This document shows positions 35,543-45,579 of a stretch of 64,000 bases of DNA, piece after piece. How positions within the stretch are numbered: the stretch's first letter is position 1; each line of letters starts with the position of its first letter. The notes beneath the pieces are model-generated. The model did not search any database and had not been told where the DNA came from. It worked only from the letters and a program-made list of their open reading frames with translations. The position numbers and the translations under genes are program-made. This DNA comes from an uncultured Bacilli bacterium (GTDB lineage Bacteria; Bacillota_I; Bacilli_A; RFN20; CAG-449), in assembly GCA_944332225.1 (NCBI GenBank), contig CALVJO010000001.1:46566-110565 (forward strand), in the 5' to 3' direction.

Positions 35543-37477
35543 TTAATCTTCTTGTTTTTGAGTCTTTTCCCAAGACATGCTATTACCTGTTTTAACAACG
35601 TAAGACATATCTTTTTTCTCAACTTTATTAATAGTCATTTCTTCAACAGTTGCTCCATCAGTAACTTTGATCTTGTTTGCTCCTGAATGAAGAGGAACTT
35701 TAACAGAGAAGACTTTGCTGTTTTTATACGCGGCGACTAATTTATCATCATGATAAATCTTTAATTCTTTATCAGTATTTGAATAGACTTTAATTATTGT
35801 CTTGCTTTCGTGCCTATTGATATATCTCGTGGAGCAAAGATGGAAGAAATGTTCTTTTGACCAGTAGGCTTTATAAAGATAGAAAGCATCTTTTTTAAGC
35901 TTACGATCGAAAGTCACTAAACCTTTATGGTTCTTTCCTGCATCATCACCTTGGTTACGGCCATCGCTTCCAAAGTCAAACATATTCCAAACGTGAGTTG
36001 CCCAGAGATATGGATGTCTTTCAAAGCATTTTAAGAGATATTCATGGTATTTACATTGATATTCTTCGGTATTATCGAATCTCTTTGGATGGATAGCGTG
36101 AAGATTTGGCATACCTTCCGCGCCATATTCTGATAGACCTAAAGCTCTTGAAGGATGAGTTAAATGATAGAAGCTAAACCATAAATCATTTAAGAAGAAT
36201 CCAGGTACGTACCATCCTAAGTATAGGTTCCAAGAAACGATATCTGTGATAGCAGCTGTTTTATTGAAAGGACCGCACATAGCATAGCAGGCTAAGGTAG
36301 TTGGTCTAGAAGGATCAATCTTATGGCATAAATCATTTAATTTATGTAAAAGTGCGCCTCTGGCTTTCTTGTTCTTATTAGCGATAGTTATTTCATTAGC
36401 GATTCCCCATGTAACAATTGAAGCATGGTGATTTTGTTGATAGATAAGTTCTTTCATTTGAGAGATGGCATTTTCATCTCCATCAACTAAATATTCTGAG
36501 ATGAAAGGAATCTCAGCCCAAACAACCATTCCGTATTTATCACATAAATCTAAGAAATATTCATCATGTTGATAATGGGCTAAACGAACTGTGTTCGCGC
36601 CGATCTCTCTAATTAATTCCATGTCTTCATCATGTTCTTTTTTAGTAATCGCGTTTCCTAAGCCTAACCGGTCTTGGTGACGAGATACACCTCTTAATGG
36701 ATATGATTTACCATTGAGGAAGAAACCTTTCTTAGGGTCGATTGAGAAGGTTCTAAAACCATATTTAACGGATACAGTATCTAAAATTTCACCTTTTTCT
36801 GATATTAAATCAGCTTTGACGGTGTATAGATAAGGATCATTTAATCCATCCCAAAGATGAACTGAACCTAACTTAATTTCTTTTTCAGGTTCCATGGTAG
36901 CAACAGTTTTGTTTTCAGCGTCTAATAAGCTAATTTCTACCTTATTCTTAGAGTTGGTATAAGAAGTAACTATCATATAGAAGTCATTACCCCTCTTAGA
37001 TGAAGTTACTTTAATTCCTTTAGAACCGTAGAAATCTAAATCGAAGTGTTCTTTATTAACGATGATGAAGTTAACATCACGATATAATCCTCCGTAGAAA
37101 GTAAAGTCCGCACGTTGAGGATAGACTTTTGTGTTAACAGAGTTATCAACCTCGATGGTTAAAGTGTTCTCCTTTTTTAAATATTCAGTTAAGTTAACGC
37201 GATAGGTTGAATATCCTCCATCGTGATGGAAGATAGAATTTCCATTGATTATGACATCTGATGAAGAATTAGCTCCGTTAACTTCTAAATATAATTCTTG
37301 ATCATCTTTTAATTCTGGTTTTTTAAATGTTTTGGTGTAGGTTGCTTTACCTCTAAAATAATCTCCACCTCCATCTTGTCCATCGATGTTGTTCCAAGTG
37401 TGGGGAACATTAACTTTCTCTTCTTTTCCTTTTAAAGAAAATAACCAATCTTGATTGATATTGATGATTTGCCTCAT
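35543..37477 (-). CDS. uidA: glycoside hydrolase family 2 enzyme, beta-glucuronidase (UidA/GusA)-like
   Basis: It aligns with E. coli GusA through the TIM-barrel region (RHQDRLGLGNAI...ANTVRLAHYQHDEYFLDLCDKYGMVVWAEIP...HHASIVTWGIANE). The ATG at 37477 with AGGAGG RBS is preferred over the longer track ORF. Hexuronate catabolic genes are adjacent. Confidence 0.8.
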   Translation of the reverse strand: MRQIININQDWLFSLKGKEEKVNVPHTWNNIDGQDGGGDYFRGKATYTKTFKKPELKDDQELYLEVNGANSSSDVIINGNSIFHHDGGYSTYRVNLTEYLKKENTLTIEVDNSVNTKVYPQRADFTFYGGLYRDVNFIIVNKEHFDLDFYGSKGIKVTSSKRGNDFYMIVTSYTNSKNKVEISLLDAENKTVATMEPEKEIKLGSVHLWDGLNDPYLYTVKADLISEKGEILDTVSVKYGFRTFSIDPKKGFFLNGKSYPLRGVSRHQDRLGLGNAITKKEHDEDMELIREIGANTVRLAHYQHDEYFLDLCDKYGMVVWAEIPFISEYLVDGDENAISQMKELIYQQNHHASIVTWGIANEITIANKNKKARGALLHKLNDLCHKIDPSRPTTLACYAMCGPFNKTAAITDIVSWNLYLGWYVPGFFLNDLWFSFYHLTHPSRALGLSEYGAEGMPNLHAIHPKRFDNTEEYQCKYHEYLLKCFERHPYLWATHVWNMFDFGSDGRNQGDDAGKNHKGLVTFDRKLKKDAFYLYKAYWSKEHFFHLCSTRYINRHESKTIIKVYSNTDKELKIYHDDKLVAAYKNSKVFSVKVPLHSGANKIKVTDGATVEEMTINKVEKKDMSYVVKTGNSMSWEKTQKQED

Positions 37478-37493
37478 ATAACCTCCTTGAAAT

Positions 37494-38303
37494 CTATCTA
37501 TCGTTGTCTTTGGCAAGAGCTTTTGATTTTGAAGCTTCTCCGTTAGGCGCAAAACCCATAATTTTTACATATTCTCTATAGAAAGTTGAATATGTATCGA
37601 AGCCAAATGCCTCCGCGGCTTCGGTCTTTTTCGCTCCATTTAATATCATTAAATGCGCGGCAATAATCTTTTTAGAACGGACATATTGCATAATCGGAGT
37701 TCTCATATATTTTTTAAATTCATTAGAAATATATGACTTTGAAAAATTGAATGATTCGGCTATGGAATCAAGGGTAATCTTATTATGAATATTTGCATCT
37801 ATATAGTTAATTATGCTAGTGATGGTATCGTTTTTACGAGATATTGGATTTGATTTTTCATGTCCGACGAAAACTAAAATTTTCATTAATTCGGAGATAA
37901 ATAATTCATATACATCATCCCGATCCACATTTCTATTAAAGTAATCTTCTAAATTTTCAAAGAGAAGAATGAATTTTTTCATCTCATTAAAGATAGTAGG
38001 AAGACTATTTTTCTTATCAATTAAATGATTAGAAAGAATAGAATCAGGGAATTTCAAAACATATCTTTCATAAGGAACGGAAAGATTAACTGATGCAAAG
38101 TGAAATTTACCAGATGGGATGATTAATAAATCGCCAGGTGATAGTTTAAAGGTTTCATTTTCAACAGTGTAATCTACATCTCCTGCAACGAAAAATAGTA
38201 TTTCGTTGAAATAATGCATATGTTTTTCATAGTTTTCGCTAGGAACAGATGGTCGATCAATCTTATGGGAAAAATCGATACTTTTATAGACGAAGTTGAA
38301 CAT
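37494..38303 (-). CDS. AraC-family transcriptional regulator (cupin sensor plus C-terminal HTH)
   Basis: It has an N-terminal cupin (HMHYFNEILFFVAGDVDYTVENETFKLSPGDLLIIPSGKFH) and a C-terminal AraC HTH (ITLDSIAESFNFSKSYISNEFKKYMRTPIMQYVR). The ATG at 38303 has AGGAGG 7 nt upstream. Confidence 0.75.
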   Translation of the reverse strand: MFNFVYKSIDFSHKIDRPSVPSENYEKHMHYFNEILFFVAGDVDYTVENETFKLSPGDLLIIPSGKFHFASVNLSVPYERYVLKFPDSILSNHLIDKKNSLPTIFNEMKKFILLFENLEDYFNRNVDRDDVYELFISELMKILVFVGHEKSNPISRKNDTITSIINYIDANIHNKITLDSIAESFNFSKSYISNEFKKYMRTPIMQYVRSKKIIAAHLMILNGAKKTEAAEAFGFDTYSTFYREYVKIMGFAPNGEASKSKALAKDNDR

Positions 38304-38372
38304 TTGTTGCCTCCTATCAATAAGCATTATTTGAAAGAAGTTTATAAAATGCAACAAAAAAATTAAATATTA

Positions 38373-38399
38373 TGCAATTTGTAAGCGCTTTTGATTGCA
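38373..38399. promoter_or_regulatory. 27-bp palindromic operator-like site, copy 1 (cre-like core)
   Basis: TGCAATttgtAAGCGCTTttgATTGCA: the outer arms TGCAAT/ATTGCA are inverted and the central AAGCGCTT is self-complementary. The core TGTAAGCGCTTT resembles the CcpA cre TGTAAGCGCTTACA. Confidence 0.45.
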
Positions 38400-38520
38400 T
38401 TATTTGAAAGATTAAACTCAAAAATAAACATCATTTTTGTTAAAAATGCCTATAAAAGTAGGATTTTTAGCAAATATATTGAAAATCTTTTTCGATATTG
38501 CAATACATAAAAATCTTGTT

Positions 38521-38547
38521 TGCAATGTGAAAGCGCTTTTGATTGCA
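38521..38547. promoter_or_regulatory. 27-bp palindromic operator-like site, copy 2
   Basis: TGCAATgtgaAAGCGCTTttgATTGCA is near-identical to copy 1 (24/27) and lies 148 bp downstream. TATTGCAATA lies between the copies. Both are in the divergent araC / uxuA promoter region. Confidence 0.45.
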
Positions 38548-38757
38548 ATATAATATGCATGTTTTAGATGTAGGAGGAACTAAAACGTGATTGATAAGTA
38601 TCTTACTCTCCTAAATAAAACCTTAGGCTAGCAATTAGCCCTTTTTGTGTTTTTATAAGAATAGGAAAATTTATTATCAATTGTTCTTATATTATTATAA
38701 GATTAGTCATCCTAAGCTGAAAAGCTCTTATCTAAGGAATCTAAACAGGAGGAAATT

Positions 38758-39816
38758 ATGAAACTTGGATTTAGATGGTATGGTTTAAATGATTCAATTC
38801 CTCTAGAGTACATTGGACAAATTCCAAATATGTACACCGTGGTTACTGCTCTTTATGACAGCAAACCTGGTGAAAAATGGGATGAGACCAAACTCAAAGA
38901 ATTGAAGAAATATGTTGAAGACCATAATTTAAAAATGGAAGTTATCGAATCAATTCCGGTTCCAGAGGGAATCAAATATGGCGCGGAAAATCGCGATGAA
39001 TTAATTGATAACTTTATTTACAACTTACGTTTAGTAGCAAAATATGGAGTTAAATGTGTTTGCTATAACTTCATGCCAGTATTTGACTGGTTAAGAACAA
39101 CGATGCATCACGTTAATAAAGATGGATCAGATTCATTAGCTTATATCTATGAAGATTTCTTGAAAGTGGATCCTAAGCATCTCCATCTTCCAGGATGGGA
39201 TGAATCTTATACTGAAAGCGAACTTCAAGAATTAATGAATAGATATCAGCACATGACCCACGAAGATTTATTTAATAACATTGTATATTTCTTAAATAAA
39301 GTTATTCCTGTCTGCGAAGAAGTTGATGTTAATTTAGCTATTCACCCAGATGATCCACCTTGGGATATCTTCTCTCTTCCAAGAATTATCTCTTCAGAAG
39401 CTGATTTAGATAGATTATTTAAAGCAGTCCCTTCTAAGAGAAACGGATTAACTCTTTGCACAGGTTCTTTAGGTGCTGGAAGAGATAATGATATCGTTCA
39501 TCTTGCAGATAAATATTCATCTCAAGGAAGACTTCATTTCTTACATATGAGAAATATTAAATACTTAGATGACAAAGGATCATTTGCCGAGACTGGTCAC
39601 TGCACATGCGATGGAGATTTAGATATGGCTAAGATTGTTGATGTCTTAGTTAAAAATGGATTCGATGGATATGTTAGACCTGATCACGGAAGAAATATCT
39701 TTGGAGAGAATCAAAAACCAGGCTATGGACTCTATGATAGAGCCTTAGGAGCTTGCTATATTAATGGGCTTTTTGAAGCGACGGAGAAACAATATTCTCT
39801 TAGAAAGGATAAATAA
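38758..39816 (+). CDS. uxuA: mannonate dehydratase
   Basis: MKLGFRWYG... is the canonical UxuA N-terminus. 352 aa. RBS AGGAGGAAA is present. Confidence 0.9.
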   Translation: MKLGFRWYGLNDSIPLEYIGQIPNMYTVVTALYDSKPGEKWDETKLKELKKYVEDHNLKMEVIESIPVPEGIKYGAENRDELIDNFIYNLRLVAKYGVKCVCYNFMPVFDWLRTTMHHVNKDGSDSLAYIYEDFLKVDPKHLHLPGWDESYTESELQELMNRYQHMTHEDLFNNIVYFLNKVIPVCEEVDVNLAIHPDDPPWDIFSLPRIISSEADLDRLFKAVPSKRNGLTLCTGSLGAGRDNDIVHLADKYSSQGRLHFLHMRNIKYLDDKGSFAETGHCTCDGDLDMAKIVDVLVKNGFDGYVRPDHGRNIFGENQKPGYGLYDRALGACYINGLFEATEKQYSLRKDK

Positions 39817-39818
39817 CA

Positions 39819-40673
39819 ATGAAATTTGAAGAATTACCATTAAAAGTAAGATTTGATAACAAGGTTATAGTTATAACTGGAGCAGGTGGAGTTATCTGTT
39901 CTGAACTTGCTAAAGCTTTAGCGGCCGCGGGAGGAAAAATCGCGGTTATGGATTTAAGACTTGAATCTGCTGAAAGAACCGCCTCTGAAATTAGAAATAA
40001 TGGAGGAATCGCGATGGCTTACGCGGCAAACGTCTTAAAGAAAGAAGATTTAAAAGCCGCGCATGAAAAGATTGTTAAAGAATTAGGTGAAGTTGATATT
40101 TTAATCAATGGAGCAGGAGGAAATAATCCACGCGCGCAGACAGATAAAGAATATTATGAATTAGGCGATGAAGAAAAAGATTTAATCTCATTCTTTGATC
40201 TTGATCAAGCTGGAGTTCAATTCGTTTTTGATTTAAACTTCTTAGGAACTTTATTACCTACTCAAGAATTTGCAAGAGATATAGTTAAGAGAAAAGGAAA
40301 TGTTTTAAATATTTCTTCTATGAACGCTTTTACTCCTTTAACTAAGATTCCTGCTTATTCTGGAGCAAAAGCTGCTGTTAGCAACTTCACTCAATGGTTG
40401 GCAGTTCACTTCTCAAAAGTTAACGTTAGGGTAAATGCGATCGCACCTGGTTTCTTTGTTACAAAACAAAATCAATCATTATTATTTAACGCAGACGGAA
40501 CACCAACCCCTCGTACCAACAAGATTTTAAATTCTACCCCTATGGGAAGATTTGGAGAGGTTTCAGAGTTAGTAGGTGCAACAATGTTCTTGCTTTCTGA
40601 AGAAGCTGCTTCCTTCATCACTGGAGTAGTTCTTCCAATTGACGGAGGATTCTCATCTTATTCAGGAGTTTAA
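39819..40673 (+). CDS. uxuB: short-chain dehydrogenase/reductase, probably D-mannonate oxidoreductase (YjmF/UxuB-type)
   Basis: It has the Rossmann motif ITGAGGVICSELAKAL and the SDR catalytic YSGAKAA motif. The position between uxuA and uxaC supports the functional assignment. Confidence 0.6.
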   Translation: MKFEELPLKVRFDNKVIVITGAGGVICSELAKALAAAGGKIAVMDLRLESAERTASEIRNNGGIAMAYAANVLKKEDLKAAHEKIVKELGEVDILINGAGGNNPRAQTDKEYYELGDEEKDLISFFDLDQAGVQFVFDLNFLGTLLPTQEFARDIVKRKGNVLNISSMNAFTPLTKIPAYSGAKAAVSNFTQWLAVHFSKVNVRVNAIAPGFFVTKQNQSLLFNADGTPTPRTNKILNSTPMGRFGEVSELVGATMFLLSEEAASFITGVVLPIDGGFSSYSGV

Positions 40674-40679
40674 TATTAT

Positions 40680-42098
40680 ATGAAAGGATTTATTAACGAT
40701 AACATTCTTTTATTCAATAAGACTGCTGTTGAACTTTATAACAATGTAGCTAAAAATCAACCGATTTATGACTATCATTGCCATCTTTCTGCAAAAGAAA
40801 TTTATGAAGATAAAGTCTATCCTTCAATAACAGATCTTTGGATTGAGGAAGATGATAACGGCCATGCTTTCGGAGACCATTATAAATGGAGATTGATGAG
40901 AGCTAATGGAGTTAGTGAAAAATATATAACCGGAGATGGTGATAAGAAAGAAAAGTTTATTCGCTGGGCCGATACTTTATCTTATGCATTTAATAATCCA
41001 TTGTTTGTTTGGTCGCATCTTGAGTTAAAACGTTATTTTGATATAGATGAAGTTTTATCCAAAGATAATGCTTCTAGAATTTATGATGAGATTCAAAAAA
41101 AGATGCCATATCGTTCCGCGAGAACTTTAATCAAGATGAGTAATGTTGATACTATCATCACCACAGATGATCCTTGCTCAAATCTTGAATATCACGATAA
41201 ATTGAATAGCGACCCTTCATTTGAAACTAAGATCTATCCTTCATTTAGACCTGATTCATTAGTAGATATCGATAAGAGCGATTTTATTGATAATGTTAAA
41301 TTATTAGAAAAAACTACATCGATTAAGATTGTTGATTTGCGCTCATTCTTAGAAGCTATCGATTCTAGAGTTGATTTCTTTAATTCTAAAGGATGCTATA
41401 TTGCTGATCATGGCGTCTTAGATTTAGTTTATGAAGATGCAACTTGTGAAGAGGCAAATTCTATTCTTCAAAAGGCACTTTCTTGTAAAGAAACAACTAG
41501 AAAAGAAAGAAATATGTTTCAAACCTACATGCTCATTCATTTAGGTAAGAAATATAAAGAATTATCTTGGGCTCAACAATACCACCTTCAAGCTTTAAGA
41601 AATATCAATAAAGATATGTTCGATAAGTTAGGAAAGGATACTGGATTCGATGCGATGGATGATAAAAATATCGTCGAGCATGTCGGTAAACTTCTTTCTA
41701 AATTAAATGAGAATGATAATTTACCTAAGACCATCATTTATTCATTAAATCCAAAAGATTATGAAGCTTTATTAGCCACTTGCTACTGCTTCCAAAAAGA
41801 TTACGCGCCATCGAAGATTCAATTCGGCGCGGCCTGGTGGTTCCTTGATCATCGTGATGGAATGGAAAGACAGTTCAAAGCTTTATCTAATTTCGGTTTA
41901 TTCGGACATTTCATCGGAATGTTAACCGATTCAAGAAGTTTCTTATCTTACGCGCGTCATGAATACTTTAGAAGAGTGCTTTGCTCCTATGTTGGAGATA
42001 TCGTTGAAAAGGGTGAATTCCCTAATGATAAAGAGCTTTTAGAGAACATGATTAAAAACATTTGTTACGGTAATGCTAAAAAATATTTTAATAGATAA
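40680..42098 (+). CDS. uxaC: glucuronate isomerase
   Basis: 472 aa with the conserved DYHCHLSAKEI metal-site motif near the N-terminus. The length and pattern are typical of UxaC. Confidence 0.9.
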   Translation: MKGFINDNILLFNKTAVELYNNVAKNQPIYDYHCHLSAKEIYEDKVYPSITDLWIEEDDNGHAFGDHYKWRLMRANGVSEKYITGDGDKKEKFIRWADTLSYAFNNPLFVWSHLELKRYFDIDEVLSKDNASRIYDEIQKKMPYRSARTLIKMSNVDTIITTDDPCSNLEYHDKLNSDPSFETKIYPSFRPDSLVDIDKSDFIDNVKLLEKTTSIKIVDLRSFLEAIDSRVDFFNSKGCYIADHGVLDLVYEDATCEEANSILQKALSCKETTRKERNMFQTYMLIHLGKKYKELSWAQQYHLQALRNINKDMFDKLGKDTGFDAMDDKNIVEHVGKLLSKLNENDNLPKTIIYSLNPKDYEALLATCYCFQKDYAPSKIQFGAAWWFLDHRDGMERQFKALSNFGLFGHFIGMLTDSRSFLSYARHEYFRRVLCSYVGDIVEKGEFPNDKELLENMIKNICYGNAKKYFNR

Positions 42099-42109
42099 GG
42101 AGAAATAAG

Positions 42110-42724
42110 ATGGATATATTAACAAAAATTCATGAATTAAAAATTGTTCCTGTCGTAGTCCTTAATTCAGTTGATGAGGTTGAGACTAAAATCGGAGGGC
42201 TTGTTGAAGGAGGATTACCTGTCGCAGAGATTACTTTTAGAACCGCCTGCGCGAAAGAAGCGATTGAAAAATCATTAAAGCTCTATCCTGATGCTTTGAT
42301 AGGCGCGGGAACTGTCATCAATGAAAAACAAGCGATTGATGCGATCGAAGCTGGAGCCAAATTCATAGTTTCACCTGGTCTTAGCAAAGATGTATTCAAA
42401 GTATGTAAAGCAAAAGGAGTTCTTTATCTTCCAGGAGTAGTTACTCCTACAGAAGTTATGGAAGCATTATCTTGGGGATTAGAAACTCTTAAATTCTTCC
42501 CAGCATCATCTTATGGAGGACTAAAGATGATTAAGACTCTTGCTTCAGTATTCCCTGCTGTTCATTTCATGCCAACCGGCGGAATTGATCAAACCACGAT
42601 GAATGATTATCTAGCGTTTGATAAAATAGTCGCAGTTGGAGGCTCTTGGATGATGAAGGGCAACAAAGAAGAAATCATCACAAAGGTTAAAGAAGCAATT
42701 AATGCTTTAGGAGGAAATAAATAA
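42110..42724 (+). CDS. eda: 2-dehydro-3-deoxyphosphogluconate (KDPG) aldolase
   Basis: 204 aa with LKIVPVV...AEITFRT...GAGTV...PG..TP.E, the KDPG/KHG aldolase pattern. RBS AGGAGAAATAAG is present. Confidence 0.85.
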   Translation: MDILTKIHELKIVPVVVLNSVDEVETKIGGLVEGGLPVAEITFRTACAKEAIEKSLKLYPDALIGAGTVINEKQAIDAIEAGAKFIVSPGLSKDVFKVCKAKGVLYLPGVVTPTEVMEALSWGLETLKFFPASSYGGLKMIKTLASVFPAVHFMPTGGIDQTTMNDYLAFDKIVAVGGSWMMKGNKEEIITKVKEAINALGGNK

Positions 42725-43746
42725 TGAAAAAAGTTGTAACACTTGGAGAAATCATGCTCCGTCTTTCAACCCCGGGGTATACTAGATTTGTCCAAACAGA
42801 CACCTTCGACATCAACTATGGAGGTGGTGAAGCTAACGTTGCAGTCTCTCTTGCAAACTATGGACATGACGTTTACTTTGTTTCTAAATTACCTGACAAT
42901 CAAATTGGTCAGGCAGCGGTTAACTCTTTAAGACGTTACGGAGTTCATACTGATTATATCGCAAGAGGTGGCGAGAGAATTGGTATTTACTATTTAGAGA
43001 CTGGCGCGTCAATGAGACCTTCTAATGTTATCTATGACCGCGCGCATTCATCAATTGCTGAAGCTGATGTTGATGATTTTGATTTCGATGCGATCTTTAA
43101 AGACTGCGCATGGTTCCATTTCACCGGAATCACTCCTGCAATTTCTCGTAAGGGATTCGAGATTACTTTAAAAGCTTGCGAAGCTGCAAAGAAACATCAC
43201 TGCACAGTTTCTTGCGACCTTAACTTCAGAAAGAAACTTTGGACTACTGAGGAAGCCCAAATTGCGATGAATCAATTAATGCCTTATGTTGATGTTTTAA
43301 TTGGTAATGAAGAAGATTGCGAGAAATCATTAGGTTATAAACCTCAAAACGTTGATGTTACTAAGGGTAATGTTGAAGCGATTCATTATCATAATTTATT
43401 CACTGAAATGATTAAAAAATATCATTTCCAATACTGCGTCGCGACCTTAAGAGAATCTTATTCAGCTTCTGATAATGGTTGGTCAGCAATCATTTCTGAT
43501 GGTAAAGAATATTATCATTCAAGAAGATATGATATTAGAATCGTTGATAGAGTCGGAGGAGGAGATTCCTTTGCTTCTGGATTAATTCATGGATTAATGA
43601 CTTATTCAACTAAGGAAGAGGCTCTTGACTTTGCAGTTGCCGCGTCAGCTTTAAAGCATACGATTCCTGGTGACTTCAACCTTGTATCTATCAAAGAAGT
43701 TGAAACCTTAATGAAAGGCGATACTTCAGGTAGAGTTCAAAGATAA
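42724..43746 (+). CDS. kdgK: 2-dehydro-3-deoxygluconokinase (PfkB family)
   Basis: It has the pfkB N-terminal GG motif (DINYGGGEANVAVSLA) and C-terminal DRVGGGDSFASGLI. RBS GGAGGAAATAAATA is present. Confidence 0.85.
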   Translation: MKKVVTLGEIMLRLSTPGYTRFVQTDTFDINYGGGEANVAVSLANYGHDVYFVSKLPDNQIGQAAVNSLRRYGVHTDYIARGGERIGIYYLETGASMRPSNVIYDRAHSSIAEADVDDFDFDAIFKDCAWFHFTGITPAISRKGFEITLKACEAAKKHHCTVSCDLNFRKKLWTTEEAQIAMNQLMPYVDVLIGNEEDCEKSLGYKPQNVDVTKGNVEAIHYHNLFTEMIKKYHFQYCVATLRESYSASDNGWSAIISDGKEYYHSRRYDIRIVDRVGGGDSFASGLIHGLMTYSTKEEALDFAVAASALKHTIPGDFNLVSIKEVETLMKGDTSGRVQR

Positions 43747-45231
43747 TTATTTATCTAATAGAATTTGATTTAAAACCTTAATTAAATATGAGCAGATATC
43801 GCTTGGTAACAAGGATAGCTCATTGATATCTTTAGAGGCTTCTTCGCCTGCTGAAGAAAAGACATAATTTCCCAAAGCAACGGTAGAGATATCGTTGCTT
43901 TTTTGCGAGACAAAAGAAGTTAAGATTCCAGAGAGAACATCTCCTGAGCCACCTTTTGCCATGCCAGGAGTTCCTAATATATTTAAATATGTTTGATTTC
44001 CGTCTGTGATGATAGATACATTATTTTTTAAAATTAATATTAGATGATATTTACTCGCGAATTCTTTAGCTAAGTAATAAGGATTTAATAATATTTCGTT
44101 AATCTCTTTTTTACTTAATCTAGAGAATTCATTAATATGCGGAGTGAGAATTACTTTAGCTTTAGAATTAAGTAGATAACTATCATCTAGATTGCTTAAA
44201 GCATTTAATCCGTCAGCATCGATAATTAATATTCCTTGATAATTAGATAACAAATATTTAATTAATTTTTGGCTTTCAATATTATTTGTTAATCCCATAC
44301 CTACAGTTATTACTCTAGAAGTTAATAAAGGTTTTATTTCTTCTTCAATAAATAGAATATGACCATCTTGTTCGCTTAGAGGATAGAAAGTTGCTTCTTT
44401 AATATCGGCTAAGATTAAAGATTGAATAGATTTAATAGAGCAAATTCTAGTAACTCCCGCGCCGGAACGCAGGGTAGAGTAGGCTCCTGTTGCTAAACGG
44501 ATAGCTCCTGAATAATTGATTGATCCTCCAATTAAAGAAACGTAGCCATAATCTCCTTTATTAGAAAAACTTTTTCTATGGGTAATTAATTTTTTAACAT
44601 CTTCCTTTTCTAAAATTGATATGGTTGAAGAAGGTTCTTTATCTAAGATAATTCTATCTAGTTTATTTATGTAATCTTTGCTTTTAGCTAAAAAGTGGCC
44701 TAGTCTATATAGATTAATCGCGATGGTTAAATTAGATTTAATTATTGTTTCTCCCATTCCAGAATTTATATCTAATCCAGAGTTAATATCGAGAGAAACT
44801 ACGTTTTTATTTTGTTGATTAATATTATTAATTATCTCTTTTAAATCATCTTTTAAAGGAAGATGAAAAGAGTTACCTAATAAACCATCTATTATTAATT
44901 CTTCATTAAATATAGTGTCCTTAGTTAAAGTGACAAGAGGAATAGAAAGCTTGTTAATTAAGGATAAAAAATATTCATTAGATTCGCTTCGTTTAGATGA
45001 ATCTAATACGTAAATTGTAACTTCTATATTGTGTTTATAAGCTTCTAAAGCAAGAGCTAAAGCATCCGAACCATTGTTTCCGTTTCCAACGAGAAAAGCA
45101 TTTGATCTTTTAAAATTAATTTTTTGAAATAGTTTTTCTCCAACCAATTTAATAAGTTCGATCTCAGAATATTTTTTAAGTAAATTTGAATCCTCTAAAA
45201 TGAAATCTTCTTTAGTAAATACGTTTATCAT
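43747..45231 (-). CDS. nnr: bifunctional NAD(P)H-hydrate repair enzyme Nnr (epimerase NnrE plus ADP-dependent dehydratase NnrD)
   Basis: The N-terminal YjeF-N domain (FLVGNGNNGSDALALA) and the C-terminal carbohydrate-kinase-like domain (GTPGMAKGGSGDVLSGIL) are present. Its stop codon abuts the kdgK stop with no spacer. Confidence 0.85.
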   Translation of the reverse strand: MINVFTKEDFILEDSNLLKKYSEIELIKLVGEKLFQKINFKRSNAFLVGNGNNGSDALALALEAYKHNIEVTIYVLDSSKRSESNEYFLSLINKLSIPLVTLTKDTIFNEELIIDGLLGNSFHLPLKDDLKEIINNINQQNKNVVSLDINSGLDINSGMGETIIKSNLTIAINLYRLGHFLAKSKDYINKLDRIILDKEPSSTISILEKEDVKKLITHRKSFSNKGDYGYVSLIGGSINYSGAIRLATGAYSTLRSGAGVTRICSIKSIQSLILADIKEATFYPLSEQDGHILFIEEEIKPLLTSRVITVGMGLTNNIESQKLIKYLLSNYQGILIIDADGLNALSNLDDSYLLNSKAKVILTPHINEFSRLSKKEINEILLNPYYLAKEFASKYHLILILKNNVSIITDGNQTYLNILGTPGMAKGGSGDVLSGILTSFVSQKSNDISTVALGNYVFSSAGEEASKDINELSLLPSDICSYLIKVLNQILLDK

Positions 45232-45579
45232 ACTTTAATTTTACAATGATTATTTAAAAGTGAATATGATAAGAATTATTTGTTGAGATTATAGTTAGTT
45301 AAATTACCCAATTTTACATGTAATAACGTTTATCTTATTATTAGAAATTTTAAAAAATTAACTCTTTGATGATTAACTTTGTAAAGAAAAAAGTGTTGTC
45401 TTATTTTATGACATCATAATCTTTTTACTCATATTTCGAGCGAATTTTAGTAAGTCTTTCGTTGTTATATTAGTTATGTATACCTATAGACTACAAAATA
45501 GTATGCATGATTGATACAATAAAAACTGAGCTTGTCCTGTAATCGCTTAAAAGCTATAATCTTTTTGGGAATAATAAAT

